A stretch of DNA of 64,000 nt, from positions 55,552,001 through 55,616,000 of the forward strand of contig NC_043005.1 in assembly GCF_006345805.1 (NCBI RefSeq). Reading direction: 5' to 3'. Each line of letters starts with the position of its first letter. Position 1 is the stretch's first letter. Of the stretch, positions 26,366 through 39,318 are shown one piece after another. Source of the DNA: Octopus sinensis. Taxonomy: Eukaryota. The notes beneath the pieces are model-generated. The model saw only the letters and a list, made by a program, of their open reading frames with translations. It was not told where the DNA came from and did not search any database. A program made the translations under genes and the position numbers.

Positions 26366-26719
26366 CATGGTAATAGCTTTGGTTTTCTTTAACTCTTACA
26401 ATCTTATCCCTCAGGATTACTGAAACTTGTTAATAGCTTTATAATTCAACGAGATTTCCTCATGAATTCGATATTATAATTAAACTCTATTTTTCTCTTT
26501 GAGTTAGCCTGCTTGATATTGAAAATATTTTACTTGCTAATTTGATACTAGTATATTATTAGCTTCCTTGATATCATGGATATGTATTTGATATGACTGT
26601 TATCGTGGACAAAGATCTTGAAATCAATACAGAAACTTATGAATATTAGTTGCAGCCTGGATTAAACAGCAAGCGAAGAACAACAAAAGAAAAACTGCTC
26701 TTCGCATAGCCACCAGTAC

Positions 26720-27090
26720 CACTGCAGCACCCCACCTGCCACCACCACCACCACCACCATCACTACCGCCATCATCACCACTAATAACACCATAATCACT
26801 ACCCACCACCACCACCACCACCATCACCACCATCACTACCACCATCATCACCACTAGTAACACCATAATCACTACCCACCACCATCACCACCACCACCAC
26901 CACCACCATCACCACCACCACCACACCATCACCACCACCACCACCACCACCACCACCACCATCACCACCACCACCATCACCATCACCACCACCACCACCA
27001 CCATCACCACCACCACCACCACCACCATCACCACCACCACCATCACCACCATCACCACCACCTCCACCACCACCATCACCATCTCTGCCA
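26720..27090. repeat. (CAC/CAT)n microsatellite
   Basis: Direct inspection. Confidence 0.95.
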
Positions 27091-28057
27091 TCATTCTTTA
27101 CTCTCTCTATCAGTGATGGAATAAAAACTGGTTCTTCCTTTCTTTTGGTTTTATGAGATCAAATGATTAAGAAAGAAGCCTCGGAAGAATAAAGAAAAAA
27201 AAATAAACATGATATGGAATGCATTGAAATTTTGTTCAAGTTTTGTCCAAGTAATGAACAAACATGCAAAGAAAACAATGGCACAGTACCGCTCTTATTG
27301 TCTTCTGTGTGGCATGATTTCTAAAGTGGTACTAGTGAATGTTTAGTAATTAAATTGTTTATCCACTACCAAAAATAAATAAATAAATAAATAAATAAAT
27401 GAAAAATAAAAATATAAATATAAATGCATAAAAAAAAAAAAAAAAAAATTAAATAAATAAAAGAAGCCTTCCCCAAAAGTGGTAATTATTTCATGGCTTT
27501 CCCAAGTTGGAAATGATCCTATTTTGACAAGATATTTTTCCAGCTTGTGACCTACCAGCAGACAAAACAAGATCTGATCAATACCTTCTACTGATGCTAC
27601 TAGTATTCGCCACCACCCCACCCCACCCCACCCCCACCCCAACCTCCCCCACTAGAACTCACAAAACTTGATGCTGTTGCCCCTCCCATTAATGGCTCAA
27701 TCAGCACACTCGTTTTCTGGTGATACCAAATAATTACGCTGCAACATTCCACTCTTTAATGTTCTTTTAGGTTTGTTATTTATATGACCGAACCGAACTG
27801 ACTGTCTCACTGTCCTCATATATATATATATATATATATATATGGTACATAAGTGTGTAGTTGCGTGCATGTGTGCATATGTGTGTGTGTGGTGTGGTGA
27901 GGTTTGTTGCTGTTGTTGTTGGTGTTGGTGGTGCAGGTGGTGGCTTAGGTGACGTTGGTGAATGGATGAATGCGAATGTGTTTTCTGTGATCAAGTATCT
28001 TTGACTCATTATAACTTCCTTTCAACAAGTAACCAACTCTCTGACTATTAACTACTA

Positions 28058-28094
28058 CATATGTATGTATATATATATATATATGTATGTATAT

Positions 28095-28127
<33 letters not shown>

Positions 28128-28208
28128 GCATGTATGTATATATATGTGTGTGTATATGTATATGCATATATACATATGTATGTATGTATGTATACATATA
28201 TACATATG

Positions 28209-28251
<43 letters not shown>

Positions 28252-28475
28252 ATGCATATATACATATGTATGTATGTATGTATGTATGTATACATATATA
28301 CATATGTATGTATGTATGTATGTATGTATACATATATACATATGTATGTATGTATATATATATATATATATATGTATGTATATGCATATATACATATGTA
28401 TGTATGTATGCATATATGCACATATATGTATACATATATACATATGTATATATATATGTATGTATATCACTCTCT

Positions 28476-28508
<33 letters not shown>

Positions 28509-28586
28509 TATATATATATATGCATAAAAAGTGAGAGAGAGAGACACAGAGAGAGAGAGAAAGAGAAAAAGAGAGAGAGAGAGAGA
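28058..28586. repeat. TA/TATG/CT/GA compound microsatellite with higher-order repetition
   Basis: Recurrent CATATATACATATGTATG units. Confidence 0.9.
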
Positions 28587-28779
28587 TGGTGGGGAAATGT
28601 ATAAATATAGATATGTATATTACATACACGGATATTTTATTGGAGGCAATTTTCTTCACTTATTGATTTTGATATTTAGAAGTACTGTTTCAAACATAGG
28701 GTAACAGTATCTGTGCTGGAGTTAGAGAAGTGTTTATTTAAAACAAACATTATTTAGAAAATGGTCTATTGATCCTGCT

Positions 28780-30010
28780 TGTGATGATGGTGATGGTGAT
28801 GATGACGACGGTGGTGGTGGTGGTGGTGGTGGTGGAGGAGTAGGTGGTGGTAGTGGAGGAGGTGGTAGTGGTTGAGGTGGTGGTGGTGGTGGTGGTAGTG
28901 GTGGAGGTGGTGATGGTGGTGGCAGAGGTGGTGGTGGTGGTGATGGTGGTGATGATGATGCTGCTGATGATGATGATGATGATTAGGACAATGACGATGG
29001 TGATGATGATTATGAGGATCATGATAATGATAGAGATGATGATGATGATCATCATGATCATGATGACGACTATGACAATGATGATGATCATGATGATGAC
29101 TCTGATGATGATGAAGATGATAATGGTAGTGGTAGTGGTGATGATGATGATAGCGACAGCACCGACAACAATGATGACAAGAACAATGACGAAGGTGACG
29201 TCCACGCTGACAATGATGGTGAAGGTGGTGGTGTGACAGTGATGAAGAAGGCAGCAACAACAGCAATGATGATGATGATGATGATGATGATGTTGGAGAT
29301 AGTGATGATGAGGATGAGGATGATGACATGGATGAGGACAATGGTTGTAACAACATTGCTGATGTTGATAGAGATAAGAAAGTGAATGAGGATGAAAGAT
29401 GATGTTGATGCTGTTGATGAGAAATGAAAAGAAAGTGTAGGAGAAGAAAGAGATAGATGATGATGATGATGATGACGACGATGGCAGCAGTGGTGGGTGT
29501 GTGATGGGTGTAAGGGTGATGGAAGTAGTATTGATGATGATGATGATGATGATGATGACAGTAATGTCTATGAGGGTGAGGAGGAGGAGGACAATAACAA
29601 AGAAGATAAGGTGGGTAGTGGGAGGAGGATGAGAGGAACAAGGAGGAGGGGAGGGGAAGAAAAAGAGGAAGAGAAGGAGAAAGAGGAGATGGAGAAGGAA
29701 AAGGAGGAGAAAGAGGAGATGGCGAGGAAAAGGAGGAGAAAGAGGAGATGGAGGAGGTAGAGAAAGAGAGGAGGAAGAAAAAGAGGAGGAGGAAGAGGAA
29801 GTGGAGGAGGAAGAGAAGGAAGAGGGTAAGAGGCGGAGGAGGTGGTGGTGGTGGTGATATCAGGAGCCAGCTGAGGAAAAGGAGGGTATCAGGAGGAGGT
29901 AGATGAAGATAAGATAACGGAAGAAGCAAGGATAGTGGAGGAAGAGGAGAGAGAGGAAGAAGAAGAGCCAGATGCCAAAGACCAAAACGAAAAAATGATG
30001 ATGATGATGA
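28780..30010. repeat. (GGT)/(GAT)/(GGA) low-complexity tract
   Basis: Direct inspection. Confidence 0.9.
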
Positions 30011-30192
30011 TTACAAGACTAAAAAAAAGGCAAAAGGAATTGGTATAAAAATTGAAGAGTAACAACTGTCCTCTTTCTTTCTCCCTTCACTTCCTCTCCT
30101 TCCTCCTCTTCTGCTTCTCCCCTCCTCTTTATCATCATCATTACCATAACATCTTTATCGTCTTTTTATTCTTCAAATCTCTTTTTTTTTGT

Positions 30193-30231
<39 letters not shown>

Positions 30232-30272
30232 TTCTGTATCCCATGTTATTATGCTCTCAGCGTTTATCCAAG

Positions 30273-30328
<56 letters not shown>

Positions 30329-31266
30329 ACGTCTCTAATTATTCCAGTCACTTTTCTTCCTACTTTCACTATCTTAACTGTACTCAGTCATCCTTAACCA
30401 AAAACTAAGTTTAACGAAGGCTTTTCTTTTTTTTTTTACATATCATAGGTTGTGTTTGTTTTTTTTCTTCTATGAATTCATCAATTAAATCAATTTTTAT
30501 TTATTCTATTCTATTTTATTTTATTTATTTTCGTGTGCGCAGACTAATCAGAACTTTTTATGTATTCTAAATAAAGTATGCATGAAGACATGAAGGACGC
30601 AAATGAAAGAGAATCAAAAATGAGTAACCAGTTACTAAGATTAAGGCACTGGACTACTGACCACAAGGTCATAAATTAAGATCTTATTCACAGCCATTGT
30701 GTTCTGCACCTTGAGCAAGGCACTCAACGTAATTGGCTCTGGTTTGTCTACTGATGAGAAAACAAAGCAAAATTTAAGGAAAATAAAAAAGAAAAATCAA
30801 AACTGGTTTCATTTTGATTCCTAATTTACTGTTGAGTAGTTAATGGCAGATAGGCAAGGGAGTGTGGGGGACGGTGTATGCTCCCCGGACTTAAAAAGAT
30901 AAAAAATTTTAAAAAAACTGTGAGGATGATGCTTTGGATAATGTAATCCAAGACACACTGTGCTTTGAAAACAAGCAAAGATGATCACAGTTAAGAATTT
31001 CCTTTGATTGTACGTTTTTGTGATCAGATCTGACCTGAAGCAAAAGAACAATATCAACAACAACAACAGCAGCAGCAGCAGCAACAGCAACAACAACAAC
31101 AACAAGAAGAATCACACTGCATGACACCTCAGACCAAGTGTGTTCTGCTATAGTCTGAAGTCAACCATAACCTTGTGAGTGTAATTTAGTCGGCTAAAAC
31201 TGTAGAGAAGCCTGTTATACATACATACATACATACATACATACATACATACATACATACATACAT

Positions 31267-31817
31267 GGTGGCTGCCGCCTTGTTATCGAGTATGGCCATT
31301 GCACGAAGCTTAATCAATGTTGTTATCGTGCAATGCCTGTGCAAGAAGATTTTTCTTAAAGTGAGGAAAGGCTGTACACTGAGTCAATCCCACTCACTAA
31401 GCAACAGCAGCCATAATCCGGAAAGAAGAACAAGTCAACATCATCGGTAACCACTGAGCCGCAGGTTTTATGTCAGAGTTATCCCAGTTACCTGAGTTAC
31501 CTTCTCTTAGAAGGATGCCCTAACAAAGGCTAGGAGTCCTACACTCCCAATGGTTTAACCGCACGATCGGGTATTCAGTCCGATTATTTCTATGTCCCCG
31601 CGCATGATACATCCTTAAGACATTTATTGGATGGCCGTTGACTCTCAAGAGTTCCTCCGCCCTTTGACGGGTTTTGTTTTTCATCCCGCAGGGTGTCCAA
31701 TAAATACCCTCCTCACCAAGCAAGCTTGGTGGGGTTGCCAGTTTAGTTGCCGACGACCCGACCATGCAACAGGTTTTACTGGGTTACATGTTACCAGTAG
31801 CACTCGAAAGTACCTGA
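31267..31817 (-). mobile_element. Non-autonomous structured retroelement (~550 nt) with (ATGT)n tail
   Basis: CpG-containing, non-coding, flanked on both sides by (CATA)n; RTE-5'UTR-like motif GGGCATCCTTCTAAGAGAAGGTAACTC; many hairpins. Confidence 0.65.
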
Positions 31818-31867
31818 CATACATACATACATACATACATACATACATACAATCATACATACATGCA

Positions 31868-31980
31868 TGAGAAATCTGCAGTTACTCTATTCAGATTACA
31901 AGTTCAGGTTTATACCTGTAATTATTGGGGCCTTGGAATATGTAACACTCCGTCTTAGGCTTCTCAAAACCAGAAAGGAA
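31868..31980 (+). mobile_element. RLE-type non-LTR element C-terminal fragment
   Basis: RNLQLLYSDYKFRFIPVIIGALEYVT..LGFSKPER; same family as 58170-58672. Confidence 0.75.
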
Positions 31981-31982
31981 AT

Positions 31983-33236
31983 ATCTTCTACTACTAAACC
32001 AGGCCTTCTAGCTTCTATTATTCTGTCAGTCTGAATGTTAAAGTCCCACAACATCTCATATTTCTTACTTTCTAGTCCTTTACTAGGTTTGTGTTCATAC
32101 CATTTATCAGTATGTTCAAATCCCAGTGAATTACTCTCCCTAGGTTGTCATGTCTTTTCTATGCCAGCATGCTACATTCACTTACTATATGAGTGACACT
32201 TTCCACTTTTGATTTGCATAGCCTACATTGGGAATCTACTTGGATTTTGTCTATTTTGTCTTCTATCCAATTAGGCCTTAATGCTTGATCTTGTGCTGCT
32301 ACTAACAAACTTTCTGTTTCCCTTTTCATCCTTACTTTCTGCAACCATAACCATATCTCACTACTTCTATTTGCTTCAACTATCTTTGGGAATCTACCAT
32401 ACAAAACCTTCTCCTGCCAGTCAGATAATTTCTGTTCTTTTTCTGGTTTTTTAACTTTATTTGGTATTTTGGTTTCCCTATGTCTTGCTGTGATTCTAGA
32501 AGCTTTTAATAAACTTTCTTCACTATTACCTACATAGGAGTCTATATCTACTCTAGCTATCTCCACGCAGTCTTCTACTGATATTAGCCTTCCTCTGCCT
32601 TCCTTTCTAGGTCAGTATAATCTTGCTACTCCTGCCCTTGGGTGGAGTCCTCCATTCATATTGAATTCCTTCCTAGTTCTTCTTACAAAATCTACTGCCC
32701 AAATATTTACAGCCTTCACTAGATTCAGATCATTTAGCTTTGACTTCATTAGCTTCCTCACCGTTCTAATGTAATCCTTCTCAATTTTCGTTTTCATTTC
32801 TATAGTTAGTACTCTGTCAGATTCTAATACTCCTAGATACTTACAACTCTCTCTTCCTTTCAATGATTTTAATGTCTGGACATCTGGTAATTGGATGCCT
32901 TCACTGCCAACTACCTGTCTCCTTCTCATTACTAATATTGTACATTTATTTATGCTATATTCCATGCCTAAATCTTTGCTAAAAGTTTTATATTCTGTAT
33001 TAAGGAATCTATCTCCTTTTCATTCTTACTAAAAACATCTACACCTCAACCAAGTAGAGCAAATGGTTAATTTTTCCCTTACTATTTCTGAACTTGCTTT
33101 CCTGCTTTTGCTTTCCTTGATACTAAACTGAAAGGGATCAAACATAAGGCAAATATTAAAGAGGATAAAGAGTCCCCTTGGAAAATTCCTCTCTTGATAT
33201 TAACTTTCCCTAAGACTGTGTCACCTGAGTAGAGGC
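31983..33236 (-). mobile_element. Decayed R4/Dong-like non-LTR retrotransposon (RT, CCHC zinc knuckle, start of RLE)
   Basis: RGIFQGDSLS, KINHLLYL, KYLGVLE, ETESLLVAAQDQALR, CRLCKSKVESVTHIVSEC, RHDNLGRVIHW, LWDFNIQTDRIIEARRP; frameshifts and deletions. Confidence 0.9.
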
Positions 33237-33240
33237 ATTT

Positions 33241-33299
<59 letters not shown>

Positions 33300-33344
33300 T
33301 ATAAAGAATAAATAAAACAAAAACTCAGGAATGTTGTTGCAGAT

Positions 33345-34025
33345 ATATGGCCTTAAGCACTAATATGTTATTCTAAGCACCAATATCTTAATGTGAACAC
33401 CAACATCTTGCCTTAAACAATATCTTATCTTAAACACCAATACCTCATTTTACACATCAATAATTTACATTAAAAAAACCCAAATATTTTAACTCTTTGA
33501 CTGTGTAATTAAATTTCATAGTCATTCTCATAATGATGGTAATTATCCATCAAAAAAATAGAACTGATATTTTCTGCTTCTGCAATACTTTTAGTCTCTC
33601 CTGTGGATATAGTTTTTTATATCCAACACCAAAAATGATATAACTCCTGCTCTGTAAAGAGAAATTTGGTGCAATATTTGTAAAAAAATTGTGATAATCT
33701 GAAAAATTGTTGTTTGGAAAAAGGGTCATGAGGTGTGTCTCTACTTCTCATAGAATAAGGAGAGGGATTTTTACATAGTTGTGAGGTAATACTACTTTCT
33801 GCAGTCAACAGTAATAAAATTTTGAGCAGATATATCCACTTTTCACATTGAAAGGACTAAGTAAAACATCTTAATCACCATTACCTTGCGTTAAACACCA
33901 ATATCTTATGTTAAACGTCATCATTTTTCATAAAACCCCAGAATTATACTTTAAACACCAAAAGTTCATCTTGAATACCAATATTTTACATTAAACACCA
34001 GTATCTTATTAAACACCAATATCCA
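33345..34025 (+). repeat. Degenerate 20-bp minisatellite (CCTTAAACACCAATATCTTA) in two blocks
   Basis: Blocks ~33345-33490 and ~33865-34025. Confidence 0.75.
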
Positions 34026-34499
34026 TACTAATACAACAGTACATTCCTACCTATCATTTGTGTCATGTTAAGGTAAGTAACTCAAATGGAGAAAGACACA
34101 GAGGGAGAGAAGGGGAGAGGAAGTTAAAGAGAGAGAGAGAGAGGGAAAGAGTGATTAAGAGAGAGAGAGAATGATAGAAAGAGAGAACAAAATAGAGAAA
34201 GAGATAGTGAGAGTGGGAGAGAAAATAAGATAGGGATAGAGAGAAAGCGAGATAGAGATAGAGAGAGACTTAGAGAAAGAGAGAAACTAAGGCAGAGGAT
34301 TCTATGAATGGAGAGGCTGAGTCAGAATGGGGTTAAAGTGCATCTTAGTATATAAAATAATGGGATTAGAACGTATGTTTATATGTAAATATCTCTCTTA
34401 GCTCTCAAATCCTCCAGTGTTCTCAGCACAATGGGCAACAAACCTTCTCTAAGCATCCTGATTGCTTGCTTTCCTCTTAGCTCCACTTGAATCAACTTC

Positions 34500-35725
34500 C
34501 ATCATTATCATGGCATCCAAGAATGTATTGTGCCGTGTCTTCCTTGGTATTCCATTTGGTCTTTTACCTCCTTCTGACATTTATTCATTCCATCATGATG
34601 GAAGCATGTCTCTCCTACAGTAATCAAAGTACATGACCAGTAAACCATATCTGTGGCTTAGTCACAATGTCCTGCAGACTTGCCATTTCAGCTGTTCTCC
34701 TCATCCCTTTGTTTCTCACTCTGTCCTAGTAAGAGATGCCCAGGATTGAACATGGGCAGTACTGATGGAATATGTCCAGCAGCTGAGAAATCTATGCTGT
34801 CTTCTTCCAGGTTTCACAGGCAAAGAGGGCTATTAGTATAATGATAGATGTATAAAGCTGTGGTCTTATCTTCTTGCTGATGATGATCTTCAATCTCCAT
34901 ACTGAGTGAAGATGTTGGAATACTGGCGTTGCTTTACTGGTCCTGTCTTGACTTCAACATCTGCCTTACCTTCGGAAATACAGCTTCGCCGCCTTGACTG
35001 GCTTCTGTGCCGGTGGCACATAAAAAGCACCCACTACACTCACGGAGTCGTTGGCATTAGGAAGGGCATCCAGCTGTAGAAACACTACCAGATCAGACTG
35101 GAGCCTGGTGCAGCCTCCTGGCTTCCCAGACCCCGGTCGAACCATCCAACCCATGCTAGCATGGAAAACGGACGTTAAACGATGATTATGATGATGATGT
35201 TTTCAGTTTCATCTTACCTAAGATTGATAAGTTGTGTTTGGGCTCCACCAGTCAACAGGGTTTTGATCATTTTAGCACTAATCTGCAGATCTGCTTTCAC
35301 CCCTAAACAGTGTTGGCTATCTGACAAGGCCTACAATGTATCATTGTCAAAGCTTAGTAATGCCAAGTTAAATGCAAAATCCAAATCTGTCAGTTTGCCC
35401 AGATTCCACATTATTCCAAAACTGGTTTTTCCATTGCTTTCTGCATGAAGCCAATCACTGTCAGAAACAGAACTGGTTACAAGATGCGACCCTGTCTCAC
35501 TCCACCAGCAATTTCAAACATATTGGTGGTTCCACTGCTTGTTTTCCTGCAACACTGCAAGTTCCTATACGGAGACTTAAAGATGTCGATACATCTGCTC
35601 AGGAAGTGGGGTGAGAGGAGAACCATAGACTCTCACAATATTCCTGGCTGTATCTTGGTGAAGAGCATCAAATGCTTTCTAAAAGTCTATGAAATGAATA
35701 AACATGTGAACGTTGGTGTTGATTA
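34500..35725 (-). mobile_element. Old RTE LINE RT region interrupted by a younger insertion
   Basis: FIDF*KAFDALH, GGVRQGRIL*P, LTDLDFA, LFACETWK, WFTGHVL, GKRPNGIPRKT. Confidence 0.85.
34966..35199 (+). mobile_element. Young RTE 3' UTR copy nested in older LINE
   Basis: TGTGCCGGTGGCACATAAAAAGCACC...AGGAAGGGCATCCAGCTG...GTTAAACGATGATTATGATG. Confidence 0.85.
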
Positions 35726-35855
35726 TGTTTAATTGAGAGAGAGAGGGGTGGGGAAGTGTGTGTGTGTGTGTGTGTGAGACAAAGAATAAGACAAAGAATG
35801 CTAAGAAGTGATAGAGCAAGAATTTAAAAATCTCTCTCCTTTCTCCCTCTCTTTG

Positions 35856-35886
<31 letters not shown>

Positions 35887-36019
35887 TTCTCTCTTTCTGA
35901 ATTTCTTTGAAGTATTTTTGAAGTGTATCTAAAAATATACAATAAAGGCATTATTACTCGACACTATTACTTTGCTGCAAGTCCAACGTTAAGATCTTCT
36001 CTTAGACATGTATCTTTCA

Positions 36020-36495
36020 TCTTTTATCTTGTTTCAACCACTGGACTGCGGCCATGCTGGGGCAACTACTTTGAAGAGTTTTGGACAAACAAAAAGACCT
36101 TCAGTACTTTATTTCTTTTGAAAGTCTGGTACTTGTTCTATCAACCGCTTTTGCCAAGTCACTACGTTAAGTTCTGGAGACATAAATAAACCAACACCAG
36201 TTATTGAGCTGTGGTTTGGAGGATAAATGCAGACACAAAAACATACATACAAGCACCCCTCCCCCATATATGTGCGTGTGTGTGTGCATGTGCATGTATG
36301 TATATATATATATATATACACACACACCCATGATGGGCTTCCACACAGTTTCCATCTATGAAATTAATTGACAAAATATTGATCAGTCTGGGGCTATAAG
36401 CAGAAGTTAATTGCTCAGGGTACTACACAGTGGGATTGAAGCTGAAACTATGAGGTTGGAAAGTGAGCTTCATCTCACAGCCATTCCTACACCCA
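36020..36495 (-). mobile_element. SINE family A, diverged
   Basis: Similarity to the other copies. Confidence 0.75.
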
Positions 36496-36936
36496 TAAAT
36501 CCATGTCTGCATCTATGTGTGTGTATGTATATACATAAATTTGTGTGTATGTGTGTGTGTGTGCTGTCTACTTCCTTATTCTATACAATCATCTCTGTGA
36601 ACTCTATTAACAGTCTACAAACATCATCATCGCAAATTATCACAATACTAGTGTATGTCTATATACAGTGTATATATATATATATATATATGTGTGCGTG
36701 TACATGTGTATGTGTGTCACAACTTCCTCTTCCGTCTCTCTCCCTCTCTTCCTCTCCATTTCTCTCGCTCTCTCTCCCCCTTTCTCTATCTCACCTGCTG
36801 TTTGTCCTTGTTGTCACTTTTTCAGTAACAACAGATAACTACATTCCTCAGTTTTCACCTAAGGACATGTAAGATTTCAAAGGCTTTATATCTATCTCTT
36901 TCTCTATTTATCTATCTGTCTGTCTGTCTGTCTGTC

Positions 36937-36993
<57 letters not shown>

Positions 36994-37015
36994 AATCTAT
37001 CTATCTATCTATCTA

Positions 37016-37058
<43 letters not shown>

Positions 37059-37221
37059 TCCTTATGTGTATAAATATATCATATAATTAATATATAGTCT
37101 TCTTGACTAATTTTTTGCACGTTAGACCACTGGAAATGTCAGTTTCTATGATAGCTAGTTTGCTGCACATGGTGAGCATGGCTGCAGTCAAATGACTGAA
37201 ATAAGTATAAGAATAAAAGAA

Positions 37222-37668
37222 TGGTTTAAAATTTTGGCACAAGGCCAGCAATTTCAGGGAATTGGGCAAGTCGATTATATCACCCCAATGATCAACTGGT
37301 TCTTATTTTATCAACCCTGAAAGGATATAAGGCAAAGTCGATCTCATCAGAATTTGAACTTAGAACATAAAAACACACAAAATGCCTCAAAGCATTTCGG
37401 ATGATGTGCCAATGATTCTGCCAGCTCACTACCCTAGATAAAGCTATAAATAATCCTTTCTACATTAGGTACAAAGCCTGACATTTGGGGGAGGAGGATA
37501 GTCAATTACATTCACCTAAGTATTCAACAGCTACTTATTTTACCGACCCCTGAAAGGATGAAAGGCAAAGGTGACCTTAGCAAAATCTGAACTCAGATCT
37601 TAAGGATGGACAAAATGCCACGAAGCATTTTGCCTGGTGTGCTAATGATTCTGCCAGCTTGTCACCTT
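37222..37668 (-). mobile_element. Two tandem SINE family B copies
   Basis: 37222-37435 and 37453-37668. Confidence 0.8.
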
Positions 37669-38924
37669 CATAAAATCATAAATAATGTGTAGAATATTGG
37701 GTTAAAAAAAACCACTGGATGGGGAAAAATGTGAAAGGCTTTTCATGGTACTTGAACCCACAACGTCTGTAAATGTGATAGATGTTCTAACCATTGTACC
37801 AAAGCAATATGCAATACTTGAAGTGTTCTCTCTTCATTTAGAATCTTTGTTCTTACAATCAAGAATTATAGATTGTTTACATTATAAGAATTGAGAAGCT
37901 AAAAGAAGTATAAGGTAATTTTCTTTTTTAACAGAGAAGCTTGAAGGAGAAAATGCTATAAATAATAATATGTCATGTAGAATACTAGATGAAAAAAGTC
38001 AAACTAAAGCCATACAACCATATGCAGAAAAACAATAAAATATGTAAAGTCAAAGACTTTAAATAACAAACAAACAAGACTTCATCTTGATAACACTTTA
38101 CAATATCTAACAAAACTTCACCTAAGTAAACATGCCTAATTTCAAACACTGCTTCCTCCAGATTTATTAACCTTTAAGAATTTAAAACACCAGCATGATC
38201 ACCAATCCTACCAAACCATTGTCATTCACCCTAAAAGTGCCTTACCAGTTTACAGATTTCTTCATCATTCCCCTTCTCAGTGGGTCCACCTATTTATTAA
38301 TCCATGGCATCAGAAAGTCTGTAACAGAGATACAATACAACTAGGTCAGTTAAATGTCAGAATCGTGCTGCGTAAATCAAGAGAAGTTATAGATAGCAGT
38401 TTTTGGATATTGATACATGTTGTTTTGTAAGAAGCAAAACATTTAGAATTCAGTATTCGGTATTTGTGGAAAATAATAATCATTGGCAACGCTAGTAAAT
38501 CTAAGATCAGCTAAGTAGGAAATAGCACAGGAAACAAGAACCTGGCTATACTAGAAGGTTGGGTGAAATGAATAACACAAATACTAACAATGTGAATGAC
38601 AGAACTATTCTACTAAATGTCATTATTAGCCAACATGCATACAATTGCTGTATCTATCCATTTAATAGGCTGTTTTCTATGACTTGCTGGAGGAAATGAA
38701 AGATTTATTCTATATTAGCAACAAATATTTCATTGTGGAATCAAAAGAGTTCAACACTATGCTAGAAGCAAACAGTGTACAAAACGTCCGTGCTGAAAAC
38801 AGTTAAAACACTCATACAGGGATATGAGAACTGAACATAAGGGAATATATGTACAAAATAGAGCATAGTTAATAAGAGAGACTAGACACTGTTAGCCACA
38901 CCATCACTCATTATAAAAGTAAGT

Positions 38925-39075
38925 TAGTGTTTTTTTAAGGTAGTGTGTTCATGTATAAGGTAAGCTATTGATGTTTAAGGTGAGCTTTTAATGATTAAGA
39001 TAAAGTATGGATGATTAAGGTAAGATATTGGGGATTAAGGTAAAGAATTGTGGTTTAAGGTAAGATATTCATGTC
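38925..39075 (-). repeat. Same 20-bp minisatellite in inverted orientation
   Basis: TAAGATATTGRTGWTTAAGG-like units at 20-bp period. Confidence 0.8.
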
Positions 39076-39274
39076 TTTGGATATTATTGTACATATACAG
39101 CTGTGTGGGTTAAGATGTTTCTTTTGTGTCCATGAGGTTTTGGGTTCAGTTCAATAGTTTGGCATTTTGGGTTCATGTTTTCTATTACAACCTCAAGTTA
39201 GCCAATGTGAGTGAATTTTGTCAATGGAAAATGTGCAGAATTCTCTCATATGCATATATATTACACGCACTTAC

Positions 39275-39314
<40 letters not shown>

Positions 39315-39318
<4 letters not shown>

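Noticed and set aside
27945-28659. Overlapping 110-200-aa Tyr/Ile/His ORFs (similarly at 18.3, 42.3, 53.3 and 59.4 kb)
   Set aside because: Artefacts of TA/CA/TATG microsatellites
28766-29929. 387-aa His/Ser-rich ORF, the longest in the track
   Set aside because: Translation of GAT/GGT/GGA low-complexity sequence
35006-35085. Twister ribozyme, suggested by GCCGGT..GGAG..AGGAAGGGCATCC context
   Set aside because: Lacks the twister GUCCCAAGCCC/UAA core; better explained as a simple pseudoknot
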